From assembly GCA_021202555.1 (NCBI GenBank), contig JAJQCT010000029.1, positions 66,287 through 130,286 of the forward strand: DNA of 64,000 nt, given 5' to 3'. The stretch comes from Clostridiales bacterium. Its GTDB lineage: Bacteria > Bacillota > Clostridia > Oscillospirales > CAG-272. The notes beneath the pieces are model-generated. The model saw only the letters and a list, made by a program, of their open reading frames with translations. It was not told the origin of the DNA and made no database searches. This document shows positions 38,786-47,545 of this stretch, one piece after another (within the stretch, counting starts at the first letter, position 1; every line of letters begins with the position of its first letter). A program made the position numbers and the translations under genes.

Positions 38786-39415
38786 ATGGAAGAAAACAAG
38801 TACAACTGCGATTATTCAGTCGCAAGAAAGCACGAGGGAGCGTACCTCGCCGCGAAAATTCTGCTTCAGGTGGGATATGTCGCGCTCTTTATCATTTTGA
38901 TTGCCGTATTCTGGGGTCCGCTCGGAATGCAGTGGGCAGGCGTTATCATGGGGCTTGCTATCGGCTTTGTAGTTATCGTGCCGATAATAAGACCTCTCAC
39001 ATGGCGCTATGTCAACTACGACCAGCGCTACGAGATTTTCAATGCGGGAACGATTCGCTTCACTCGCAACTACGGCAAGAAAATCAAAACCGACAAGGGC
39101 GATGAGCACGCAAGCGAGCATAACGCGGAAAAGCTCATTCTCGAGATGAAAATCAAGGATTTTGAGCTTATCGCGCCCTACAGCAGCGAGGAATACAAGA
39201 AAAAGCTCGACGAATCGGGAGCGAGGACTATAAATCACTGCTCCTCTCCGTCCGCACCGAATGTTTATTACGGACTTTACACCGACAAGGACGGCTCCAA
39301 GTGCGCGATTCTTTTCGATATGGTTGATAAATCGCTCGAAATCATCGAATACTATAACCGCGAGCATACAGTCGTGACAAAGCTTCACTTCGCGGGCGAG
39401 AATCTCGGAAAATAA
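38786..39415 (+). CDS. Hypothetical membrane protein (two predicted TM segments)
   Basis: ATG 38786 follows GGAGGA. Hydrophobic stretches LLQVGYVALFIILIAVFW and GVIMGLAIGFVVIVPII. The track ORF (38447) runs through promoter and F1 repeat sequence and is rejected. Confidence 0.5.
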   Translation: MEENKYNCDYSVARKHEGAYLAAKILLQVGYVALFIILIAVFWGPLGMQWAGVIMGLAIGFVVIVPIIRPLTWRYVNYDQRYEIFNAGTIRFTRNYGKKIKTDKGDEHASEHNAEKLILEMKIKDFELIAPYSSEEYKKKLDESGARTINHCSSPSAPNVYYGLYTDKDGSKCAILFDMVDKSLEIIEYYNREHTVVTKLHFAGENLGK

Positions 39416-39498
39416 AAATGTCATGCGAGGCGTACCCCGTGAGTATAAATATTACGGCGCGTCAAATCCGCCGCAGTATTTACACGGGGTATGCTTCA

Positions 39499-40014
39499 AT
39501 GACATTTGCAAAAGGAATAAAAATCATCGCCGTGCTTCTGACAGCCGCTTTTCTCGTTTCCTGCTCTTACAGTGTGCCCGATATTGTCGGAGAGAGCGCA
39601 TACGTGACGGGTGAGCTGACGACTGACGCGGGCGTTTTTGCGGTTGCGGCAACGCTCGACGAATGGCACGACGTGACATCAGTCCGCACGGGGAGCCTCG
39701 ACTATTACGATGAAAACGGTAACTTCATTTTCACCGTCACACTGACAAAAACGAGCGTGACGCTCTTTTCGGGAGGTATATCCGTCCCGGTGAGCAAGAG
39801 CGCCGCCGAAACGTACAGGACGGTCATGCGTCTTTTTTCGGTATGCGCCGACTCGATTTTAACGCGCGAGGTTTCGGGCGGCACGGCTTACACGTCCTAC
39901 GGAGGTGAGCCGGCGATATACTGTGAGGCGAACGCCGAAACGGGGATTCCGTCAAGGCTATACTGTGATGGGGCGGATTTTTGCGTTTCGGAATGGAGCT
40001 TTTCCGGCGGATAA
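39499..40014 (+). CDS. Hypothetical lipoprotein
   Basis: MTFAKGIKIIAVLLTAAFLVSC is a signal peptide with a lipobox. No recognisable domain. Confidence 0.5.
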   Translation: MTFAKGIKIIAVLLTAAFLVSCSYSVPDIVGESAYVTGELTTDAGVFAVAATLDEWHDVTSVRTGSLDYYDENGNFIFTVTLTKTSVTLFSGGISVPVSKSAAETYRTVMRLFSVCADSILTREVSGGTAYTSYGGEPAIYCEANAETGIPSRLYCDGADFCVSEWSFSGG

Positions 40015-40047
40015 AATAACAGGACCTTGGGAGCGAATTTTTGTTTC

Positions 40048-41184
40048 ATGAACGAATATAATATAAAGCATAAGGCGTGGGCGGACATCAATCTCGACGC
40101 GCTCGGTTCAAATTACACGGAAATATGCCGTCTTGCGGGACAGGACACGAAGGTAATGTGCGTCGTCAAGGCGGACGCATACGGTCACGGTGCTGTGAAA
40201 TGCGCGACGGCGCTTTACCGCGCGGGTGCGGAATGGTTCGCCGTCTCCTCGCTCGAGGAGGCGGTGGAGATACGCGAGGCGCTCGCATCGCGTCTCATGT
40301 ACGGCGCGAAAATTCTCATTTTAGGGTATACCCCCGTTGAAAACGCGGGCATTCTCTCGCGCCTCGACATAAGACAGACCGTATTCTCCGCCGAATACGC
40401 GCGGGCGCTTTCACGTGCTGCCGAGCATCAGAGCTGCCGCGTCAAGGTTCATTTCAAGCTCGACACGGGCATGAACAGAATCGGATTTGACTGCGGTCCC
40501 CTGGCTGCGGAGGAAATCGCCGAGGCATCCGGATACAAGGGGCTTTTGCCCGAGGGGCTTTTCACGCACTTCGCCTGCTCCGACGAGGACGATCCCGAGC
40601 CTACGAGGCTTCAGTTCGAGCGATTCATGAGGGTAGACGAGGAGCTGGAGGTGAAGGGCGTGCGGCTTCTCTGCCACGTCTGCAACAGCGCCGCGATTCT
40701 GAAATTTCCCGAATATCACCTCGACATGGTGCGTGCGGGAATCATTCTTTACGGGCTTGAGCCGTATTTCCCCATGGAAAACGAAAAGCTCTTTCAACCC
40801 GTCATGAGCTTCAAAAGCGTTGTATCGCACATACATACGGTGCACGCAGGTGAGAGCGTCGGCTACGGCGGGACTTATACGGCTGACAAAAATATTACAG
40901 TCGCCACAATCCCGATAGGATACGCCGACGGATTTATGCGCAAATTTTCATCGGGCGGCGTCGTTTACATCAAGGGCAAGCCCGCACCTATAATCGGCAG
41001 AGTGTGCATGGACCAGTGCATGGTCGATATAAGCGGAATTTACGGCGTGGAAATCGGCGACGAGGTGACGATATTCGGCGAGGACAAATCAATGCTGCGA
41101 AATCTCGCAAGGGTCGCGGATACGATAAATTACGAGCTTGTCTGCCTCATCGGAAAGCGCGTACCGCGAATTTACACGGACTGA
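40048..41184 (+). CDS. alr: Alanine racemase
   Basis: VVKADAYGHG (PLP lysine) and CMDQCMVD, with typical length. ATG 40048 is preferred over TTG 40027. Confidence 0.9.
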   Translation: MNEYNIKHKAWADINLDALGSNYTEICRLAGQDTKVMCVVKADAYGHGAVKCATALYRAGAEWFAVSSLEEAVEIREALASRLMYGAKILILGYTPVENAGILSRLDIRQTVFSAEYARALSRAAEHQSCRVKVHFKLDTGMNRIGFDCGPLAAEEIAEASGYKGLLPEGLFTHFACSDEDDPEPTRLQFERFMRVDEELEVKGVRLLCHVCNSAAILKFPEYHLDMVRAGIILYGLEPYFPMENEKLFQPVMSFKSVVSHIHTVHAGESVGYGGTYTADKNITVATIPIGYADGFMRKFSSGGVVYIKGKPAPIIGRVCMDQCMVDISGIYGVEIGDEVTIFGEDKSMLRNLARVADTINYELVCLIGKRVPRIYTD

Positions 41185-41198
41185 ACGGAGACAAACAC

Positions 41199-41909
41199 AT
41201 GGTACTTGACAAAAAGGAAACAATCGTCGCATACCGCTGCCCTCACTGCGGCGCCGGAATAATGAGCATGGTGGGGGTATTCTCCCTGTCGGGAGATTTG
41301 CTGCGGCTCAAATGCGACTGCGGCGAAAGCGAGCTTACAATTCAATATATGCGCGACGGCAAAATCAAGCTTTACGTACCGTGCCTTTTCTGCCCGAATC
41401 CGCATACCTACACCGTCTCGGACAGCGTATTTTTCGGGCGCGAGCTTTTCACGCTCGGCTGCCCCTACACGGGGATTGACATCGTATTTGTCGGCGGACG
41501 CGGCGAGGTCGGGCTTGCGCTCACGAAATCCGAAAAGGAGCTGCTGGAGCTGCTCGGCGACGTGACGCTCGACGAAATTAACGAGGTCAAGGGCAAGCGT
41601 CACGCCGACAAGGGTCATGCTGACAAGGGTCAGATTCCATCTGACAAGGGTCAGCATCCCGCAGACAAGGGTCAGATTCCATCTGACCCCGAAATATTCG
41701 ATATAATAAATTTCGTCGTGCGCGACCTTGAAGAGGAAGGCAAAATTTCATGCCGCTGCGAGGACGGCTGCGGCGATTATCACGTCAATGTTGACGAGGA
41801 AACAGTGAAAATCACCTGCTCGGAGTGCGGCGCGTCGAAGGTGTTCCCCATCAACAGCACAACATCGGCGCTTTCGTTTCTCGAAACGGACTTTATCCGA
41901 TTGACGTAA
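41199..41909 (+). CDS. Hypothetical cysteine-rich protein with zinc-ribbon-like CxxC pairs
   Basis: CPHCG...CDCG, CLFCPNPH and a C-terminal CRCEDGCG...CSECG, with an internal ADKGH/ADKGQIPS/DKGQHPA repeat. ATG 41199 follows ACGGAG. The track ORF (41004) overlaps alr and is rejected. Confidence 0.5.
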   Translation: MVLDKKETIVAYRCPHCGAGIMSMVGVFSLSGDLLRLKCDCGESELTIQYMRDGKIKLYVPCLFCPNPHTYTVSDSVFFGRELFTLGCPYTGIDIVFVGGRGEVGLALTKSEKELLELLGDVTLDEINEVKGKRHADKGHADKGQIPSDKGQHPADKGQIPSDPEIFDIINFVVRDLEEEGKISCRCEDGCGDYHVNVDEETVKITCSECGASKVFPINSTTSALSFLETDFIRLT

Positions 41910-42010
41910 CAAACGGCGGAGTCTGACATATCATGATATTAAGCGTTCGCGGCGGCGGCACGGGGTGCCCTCCGCATTGCGACCGCATCCATAAAACGGA
42001 GGATCAAGAT

Positions 42011-42112
42011 ATGTCCAACTGCATAGGCGGAGCGTTTGAAGACAACAACCTTTGTTGGATTCTCATAATCGCGCTTGTTGTAATATTCTGCTGCTGCTCA
42101 GGCAACAACTGA
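42011..42112 (+). CDS. Candidate 33-aa cysteine-rich membrane microprotein
   Basis: Below the track size cutoff. GGAGGA 7 nt upstream of the ATG. Translation MSNCIGGAFEDNNLCWILIIALVVIFCCCSGNN. Followed 23 nt later by a strong terminator. Confidence 0.45.
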   Translation: MSNCIGGAFEDNNLCWILIIALVVIFCCCSGNN

Positions 42113-42135
42113 AGCGCATCAGCAAAACACTGATA

Positions 42136-42172
42136 TTCGGGTCGCCGGACGGCGACCCGAATTTGCGTTTTT
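42136..42172 (+). terminator. Rho-independent terminator
   Basis: TTCGGGTCGCC GGAC GGCGACCCGAA is a perfect 11-bp stem followed by TTTGCGTTTTT. Confidence 0.8.
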
Positions 42173-42224
42173 AGCGCAAAAAATAACGCTGAAAAAATTT
42201 TTTTGATTTTTTTTGCAAAAACGC

Positions 42225-42253
42225 TTGACACAATAATAATGTTATGGTACAAT
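42225..42253 (+). promoter_or_regulatory. Sigma70-type promoter driving F1 copy E and the bactofilin cluster
   Basis: TTGACA - 17 nt - TACAAT, immediately followed by AACATTGAA. Confidence 0.6.
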
Positions 42254-42306
42254 AACATTGAAGAGCAAAGCACAGCCTTGTTATTCACGGTACAGCGCTT
42301 AGAATT
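42254..42306 (+). repeat. F1 module, copy E (minimal: AACATTGAA + one hairpin + ATTCACGG tail)
   Basis: AACATTGAA GAGCAAAGC ACA GCCTTGTT ATTCACGGTACAGCGCTTAGAATT. The tail matches copy D (ATTCACGGTTCAGCATTTAG). AACATTGAAG recurs at 42316-42325, abutting the SD. Confidence 0.65.
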
Positions 42307-42338
42307 AAGCAATAAAACATTGAAGAAGGAGAGAAGCG

Positions 42339-44126
42339 ATGTTTACGGATCAATTCAATCAAAACGGAAGCGGCGAGGAGCAGGATAATCCCCTGAAGGT
42401 GGATTCAATGCTTCACGCGGAGGACGACCTCGAGTGCGGCTCGCTTGATGTGTCGGGCACTTTTGAGCTGGACGGGGATCTTTCGTGCGCCGATATGAGC
42501 GTTTCGGGAGATGCGAAAATCAAAGGCGACATGGGATGCAGCACGCTTGGCGTGCCGGGAGAACTTTCGTGCGACGGAGACATTTCGTGCGCCGACTTTT
42601 CCGTTTCGGGTCACGCCTATGTTCGCGGGGACACAACTTGCGCGTCCTTTGATATGTCGGGAGAGTTTGACGCCGAGGGAGATTTCACATGCGTAAACGC
42701 AAAATTTACGGGTGCCGCCTCAATCGATGGGGACGTCACCTGCAATTCCCTTTATGTGAGCGAGCGCTTTTTAGGCAGTCAGGGTGATTTGTCGTGCAGC
42801 GTTTTGAATGTTTCAAAAAAAGGAAGCGCAAGCTTTAACGGTGACGCGAAATGTTCAGCTTTAGTTGTAGATGATGACGGTCATTTTTCCGCAGAAGGAG
42901 ACCTGACGTGCAAAGCCTCGGCGAAAATTTCGGGGAAAGCATATGTTACGGGAGACACCGAGTGCCAATCGCTCGACGTAAGCGGTAAATTTTCGGCAGC
43001 GGGAGACATCGAGTGCCGCGTGATGAACGTATCAGGCACACTTGAGACTGAGAGTGACATTGAATGCAAGGAAGCCTTCAAGGTCACGGATAACGGAAAA
43101 GTCAATGTAGGAGGCGACCTGCAGTGCGGATCAATTGACATATCCGACGGGGACGTCAATGTCGGAGGCGACGCTAAGTGCGACGATTTCAGCTCATCTG
43201 GAGCGGTCAATATCAAAGGCGACCTTTCATGTGACGACATTATCGCCAACGGAGAAATTACGGTAGGGTGCGACGTAAAAGCGGAGAAACTTTACGCAGA
43301 GAACGCGAAAATCGGAGGCTCACTTTATTTGGGAGAAGGCTTTTGCGTAGAGACAACGGCTAATATCAGCGGCGACGCGGAATGCGAATATCTCGCGTCG
43401 GACGGCACTGTATCGGTTGGAGGCTCGCTTTTATGCGGCACTCGATCCGCAGCTTCGGGCGGTTCCCCCTTCGCGCGCGAATCTATCACCTCATCCGGCA
43501 CAATCAACGTCGCAGAGAGCATCAAATGCGATGGCTATATAAGACACAACGGCACAATCACTGCCGGCGACAGTCTCGCGTGTGAATGCCTGATAGCGGA
43601 CGGAAATGTCAATGTAGGCGACAGCGTAAAATGTGACGGCGTCTTTCAGGCAAGCGGAACCGCGAATATCGGGGACTCGCTTTCCTGCGGATCTGTCAGC
43701 GTAAACGGAACCTTGCGCTGCGGGGATTCCGTTTCATGCGTCGGAGATATTACGGCTGACGGAAATGTCAGTGTCGGCGAAGATATTCACGCAAAAAGCG
43801 TTCATATCAAAGGCGAGGCGCTTATCGGAGGTCTTCTCGCCGCAAATATCGTGCGAATCGAAACGGAGCGCGGCGAGGTGCAAATCGAAAAGGTAACGGG
43901 CGACACCATAAGCATTGCGCCCTCGGACAATACGCCGCGAAAGGCTCCCACCGCAAAGGTGAATACAGTCGAGGGAGGCAGCGTAACGCTTGAATGCGTC
44001 CGCGCAGCGCTCGTCATCGGGGACACTGTCAGAGTTGGAGACGGATGTGAAATTGAAACTGTTCGGTGCAGCGGAACGCCCATAATTTCAGACGGGGCGA
44101 AGGTCGCGAACATCGAACGCGCATGA
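42339..44126 (+). CDS. Giant bactofilin-like beta-helical repeat protein with a cysteine in nearly every repeat
   Basis: 595 aa with roughly two dozen 17-20-residue repeats of the form GD-x-x-C-x4-(V/I)SG. The C-terminal 120 aa is collinear with the C-terminus of the short bactofilin at 44900. No signal peptide. Confidence 0.7.
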   Translation: MFTDQFNQNGSGEEQDNPLKVDSMLHAEDDLECGSLDVSGTFELDGDLSCADMSVSGDAKIKGDMGCSTLGVPGELSCDGDISCADFSVSGHAYVRGDTTCASFDMSGEFDAEGDFTCVNAKFTGAASIDGDVTCNSLYVSERFLGSQGDLSCSVLNVSKKGSASFNGDAKCSALVVDDDGHFSAEGDLTCKASAKISGKAYVTGDTECQSLDVSGKFSAAGDIECRVMNVSGTLETESDIECKEAFKVTDNGKVNVGGDLQCGSIDISDGDVNVGGDAKCDDFSSSGAVNIKGDLSCDDIIANGEITVGCDVKAEKLYAENAKIGGSLYLGEGFCVETTANISGDAECEYLASDGTVSVGGSLLCGTRSAASGGSPFARESITSSGTINVAESIKCDGYIRHNGTITAGDSLACECLIADGNVNVGDSVKCDGVFQASGTANIGDSLSCGSVSVNGTLRCGDSVSCVGDITADGNVSVGEDIHAKSVHIKGEALIGGLLAANIVRIETERGEVQIEKVTGDTISIAPSDNTPRKAPTAKVNTVEGGSVTLECVRAALVIGDTVRVGDGCEIETVRCSGTPIISDGAKVANIERA

Positions 44127-44145
44127 GGGAGAGTGATTACTGATA

Positions 44146-44907
44146 ATGGCAGAGAATAAAATCGCACTTTTTGACCCTGCGAGCGACCCATCGCTCATAT
44201 CAAAGCAGGACGTGCTTAAAATGTACAATATCTCCTACGGCACGCTTTACAGATGGAAGCGCATGGGACTGCTTCCGGGAGAATGGTTCATCAAAAAAAC
44301 GGTGTTTACGGGACAGGAAACCTTCCTTCCCCGCGAGCTTGTCATCGAAAGAATCAATCTCATCTTAAAGGAGCAGTCAAAGGGGAAATCGCTTGACGAA
44401 ATTTACGCCGCAATTACGAACGAAAGCGTCGAAAAAAAGGTTCTTATCGTCACAACAAAGCTCGGAAGCGCGCGATTTTTCACGGATGATATAATAAAAA
44501 TATCATTTGAGGCGGGAAATCAGACGGAGGATATCACAAACAGCGTTATCGCTCTCTTTGGAGACGATGCCATAAACGGACAAGCTGCCGTAAACGGACA
44601 AAATGCCGTAAACGGACAAAAAGAGGAGACGCCCGGTGCGGATGCGGAAAATAAAGCCGGCAGCGAAACGAAGGATGAGACGGCGGCGAAGGACGCGCCC
44701 ATGGCGGAGAGCGCGCCCGCGGCGGAGGAGACAGGCGCGGCGGAGGAAAAGCCCCGCGAGATGCCTCATATCAAGCCCGGCATAAGCGATTCGGAAACAG
44801 CGGACAAAATCATCGCCGCCGTTCTTGATTCGGTCGAGTATGAGCTTAGAAGTCTTGGAATAAACATAAACCTTTCGGACAGAGTAAGGAGGACTACAAA
44901 TGAGTAA
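44146..44907 (+). CDS. YhbD-like protein (DUF4004, MerR-like HTH) with acidic low-complexity C-terminal half
   Basis: ISYGTLYRWKRMGLLPGEWFIKKTVFTGQETFLPRELVIERINLI matches my recollection of B. subtilis YhbD, encoded next to the bactofilins YhbE/YhbF. Confidence 0.65.
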   Translation: MAENKIALFDPASDPSLISKQDVLKMYNISYGTLYRWKRMGLLPGEWFIKKTVFTGQETFLPRELVIERINLILKEQSKGKSLDEIYAAITNESVEKKVLIVTTKLGSARFFTDDIIKISFEAGNQTEDITNSVIALFGDDAINGQAAVNGQNAVNGQKEETPGADAENKAGSETKDETAAKDAPMAESAPAAEETGAAEEKPREMPHIKPGISDSETADKIIAAVLDSVEYELRSLGININLSDRVRRTTNE

Positions 44908-45574
44908 TGACATCAACAGCGCGGGATGCGGCATCTTCGGCGGCGGAAAATACGACAATGTAAGGATGAGCGGTTCGGGACAGATAGACGGAGACATTGA
45001 ATGCGCCTCGTTTTCGTCGAGCGGGTCGATGCGCTGCAACGGAAATCTCAGATGCCTTGGAATCGTAAAGGGCGCAGGCTCGTCGACCGTCACAAAGGAC
45101 ATCATTTGCGACGATACGGTTTCGTTTGCGGGATCGGCCACCGTCGGCGGCAGCATTAAATGCCGCGGGCTTTCCGCAGCGGGAAGCATTATTGTAAAGG
45201 GCGACGGAATTGAGGCGGAAACAGTGAAAATCGCGGGCGGCGCGACAATTTCGGGACTGCTCAACGCCGAGAGCGTGACGATACACCACCAAGGCGGCGT
45301 GACGATTGACAGCATAGGCGGCAGCGAGATAACAATTCTGTCGAAGAGCGAAAATCACGGCTTTTTCACCAAATCGAAGAAAAGTGCTAAGAAGCTCGTC
45401 GTCAAGGAATCCATCGAGGGCGACACAATCACGCTTGAGGGAGTTAAAGCGAAAACTGTCGTCGGCAGAATCGTCAAGGTTGATGAAAACTGCGAAATCG
45501 GGACGATTCGCTACACGGAATCGGCTGAAATTGCCGACGGCGCAAAGGTAGGAAGCGCCGAGATGTCGTCATAA
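44900..45574 (+). CDS. Bactofilin-family (polymer-forming cytoskeletal) protein, YhbE/YhbF-like
   Basis: 224 aa with repeats GDIECASFSSSGSMRCN / GNLRCLGIVKGAG / GSIKCRGLSAAGS. 8-nt overlap with the yhbD-like gene. Confidence 0.7.
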   Translation: MSNDINSAGCGIFGGGKYDNVRMSGSGQIDGDIECASFSSSGSMRCNGNLRCLGIVKGAGSSTVTKDIICDDTVSFAGSATVGGSIKCRGLSAAGSIIVKGDGIEAETVKIAGGATISGLLNAESVTIHHQGGVTIDSIGGSEITILSKSENHGFFTKSKKSAKKLVVKESIEGDTITLEGVKAKTVVGRIVKVDENCEIGTIRYTESAEIADGAKVGSAEMSS

Positions 45575-45593
45575 ACAGAAAAACTATCGGAAA

Positions 45594-45630
45594 ACGCCCT
45601 CTGCGGAATACCGCAGGGGGCGTTTCGTGA
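45594..45630. terminator. Bidirectional terminator between convergent genes
   Basis: ACGCCCTCTGCGG AATA CCGCAGGGGGCGT (13 bp, one mismatch), then TTCGTGATTTTTT. Confidence 0.65.
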
Positions 45631-45647
45631 TTTTTTGCCGTGATTTT

Positions 45648-46154
45648 TTATTCAATCACGTCATATCCGCAGCTCTCAATCTCGGAAATAGCTCTCTCGT
45701 CAATGTCGTCGACACTCCCATGCTCGAGAATTTCAAGCGTGTACACGCTCATCTGCCCGGGATAGGATTCCGCAATACTGCCGTCCGTTCCTACCTCCAC
45801 AAGGTCTCCCGTCGCAAGGTCGTCAAAGCTCGCATCCGCCGAACGCGAATGTATTGTGACGAGCTCACCGTAGTCGTAGTCGCCTTCAAAGATGAAAAAG
45901 TACGCCCCATCCGTTTTAACAATCCTTCCCTTCGACGCAACGTAAGCACCCGTCGAAACGACGGTCGTCGAATCGTCATCCGTCGATGCGTCGTCTGTGT
46001 CCGTCTCGCCTGTCGTGCCGCCCGTCGATGCGTCGGCGCCCTGCCAGTCGAGATCCTTGTCGCCCGCGTCGCTGCTGTCCATGCATGACACAGCGAAGAG
46101 GCAAAGCACTGCAATTGCAAGCATCAGCGCGGCTTTTTTGATTTTTCGTGTCAT
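45648..46154 (-). CDS. Hypothetical lipoprotein (last gene of the ECF sigma operon)
   Basis: MTRKIKKAALMLAIAVLCLFAVSC is a signal peptide with a lipobox. Confidence 0.5.
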   Translation of the reverse strand: MTRKIKKAALMLAIAVLCLFAVSCMDSSDAGDKDLDWQGADASTGGTTGETDTDDASTDDDSTTVVSTGAYVASKGRIVKTDGAYFFIFEGDYDYGELVTIHSRSADASFDDLATGDLVEVGTDGSIAESYPGQMSVYTLEILEHGSVDDIDERAISEIESCGYDVIE

Positions 46155-46179
46155 AATTCGTTCCTCCTTACTTGATTTT

Positions 46180-46896
46180 TTATTCCGCGGCTTCGTACTC
46201 GTCCGTTATCTCCAGCTCAAAACGTCCGAAGCCTTCATCGGGGCAGGTCACCCCGTCTATTACGGCAGGCTCGCCGTTTACGGTGAGAATTACGGAGGAC
46301 GACATCTGATAGTCAAGAAGCGTATTCACAACGCATTTCAGAATGTCGTCGTCAAGTCCCACACCCGTAAGCTCAACATTCCATATATAGGTCGCTTTCA
46401 CATACGAGTTGTCCTCATCGTCAGAGAATGTCTCCTCAACAAGCGTTCGCTCAGCCTTATCAACGGACATGGTGCACCCGTCAAGCTCGCCGAGAGTTAC
46501 TATACGGCAGAGAATCACCCCGACACCGACGTCAAGCGTATCATTGTAGGTATACGTATACGTCACATACCCGTCCGACGTCGGAACGTATATCACATAT
46601 TCCTGTACGATTGCGGTTTCACTCGACACAAATGTTTCGTATTCGCTTTCCCAGATTCCCCAGTTAATATCGACATCTCCCACGGCTTGCATCTCCCCGT
46701 CGCCGTCGTATCCCGGTTCAAAAAGACCTGTGAAAAGTGAGCCGCCGCCCACAAGAAGCGCGAGCAGAAGGCACGCCGCCGCAGCCGAAATCATACCGCT
46801 TCGTCTGTAAATCGGCACACGTCTCACCGCCGCAAATTCCGCCGCGTGAGCGTCCGATATGCCGCCAATCGCGTCAAAAATATCTTTATTTGTCAT
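46180..46896 (-). CDS. Putative anti-sigma / sigma-associated single-pass membrane protein
   Basis: 4-nt overlap with the upstream ECF sigma gene. Short cytoplasmic N-terminus, one TM segment (ISAAAACLLLALLVGGG) and an extracytoplasmic domain. Assignment rests on position only. Confidence 0.45.
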   Translation of the reverse strand: MTNKDIFDAIGGISDAHAAEFAAVRRVPIYRRSGMISAAAACLLLALLVGGGSLFTGLFEPGYDGDGEMQAVGDVDINWGIWESEYETFVSSETAIVQEYVIYVPTSDGYVTYTYTYNDTLDVGVGVILCRIVTLGELDGCTMSVDKAERTLVEETFSDDEDNSYVKATYIWNVELTGVGLDDDILKCVVNTLLDYQMSSSVILTVNGEPAVIDGVTCPDEGFGRFELEITDEYEAAE

Positions 46897-47447
46897 AAAG
46901 CCTCTCCTTTCCTTTCGAGAAATTTCTTAAGCCTTGAGCGTATTCTCGAAAGGCGCGTCCGGACAGCGCCCTCGCGAAGACCCGCAGCCTTTGATAAATC
47001 GGAGATTGAATCGAGATACCAGTACCTGCGCACAAAAATCATGCGGTCGGTCTTTCCGAGTGTGTCGATAAACGCGTCAATCGCGTGCGACAGCTCGCCT
47101 GATTCAAATTCGCTCTCCGTTCCGCCGGGGGACGGAACAGCTTCTTCAAGCTCGTCAAGACAGAGCGTATACTCACCGCGCTTTTCGGCGGTATTGTATC
47201 TTACGCGGTTTACGGATATATTGCGCACTATACCGTAAAGATACTGTGACATAGGCGACGGCTCCTTTGGCGGCACCGTGTTCCACACTGCGAGATACGC
47301 GTCATTGACGCATTCCTCCGCGTCTCTCTCGTCTCCGACGATATTTTTTGCAAGCTTGCTTGCCGCACGTCCGTATTTTTCCGAAAGCACCTCTATTGCG
47401 CGCTCGGAGCGTTCGAGGAAGAGCTTCAGTATTTCCGCGTCGTTCAT
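46893..47447 (-). CDS. RNA polymerase sigma factor, ECF (sigma70 group 4) family
   Basis: 184 aa. Region 2 has ECVNDAYLAVWN and region 4 HTH has ISDLSKAAGLREGAVRTRLSRIRSRLKKFL. Confidence 0.85.
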   Translation of the reverse strand: MNDAEILKLFLERSERAIEVLSEKYGRAASKLAKNIVGDERDAEECVNDAYLAVWNTVPPKEPSPMSQYLYGIVRNISVNRVRYNTAEKRGEYTLCLDELEEAVPSPGGTESEFESGELSHAIDAFIDTLGKTDRMIFVRRYWYLDSISDLSKAAGLREGAVRTRLSRIRSRLKKFLERKGEAL

Positions 47448-47545
47448 TCGGCATACCTCCTTATGCTTATTTTCCCCTTCACATATTAAATCACAAAATT
47501 CCGCCGAATGTTACAGGGAAATTGTAAAAATCAAAAAGAATATTC

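Noticed and set aside
41004-41198. A track ORF start that extends the zinc-ribbon protein 65 codons into alr.
   Set aside because: It overlaps the well-supported 3' end of alr in another frame. ATG 41199 lies 15 nt after the alr stop and is preceded by ACGGAG.
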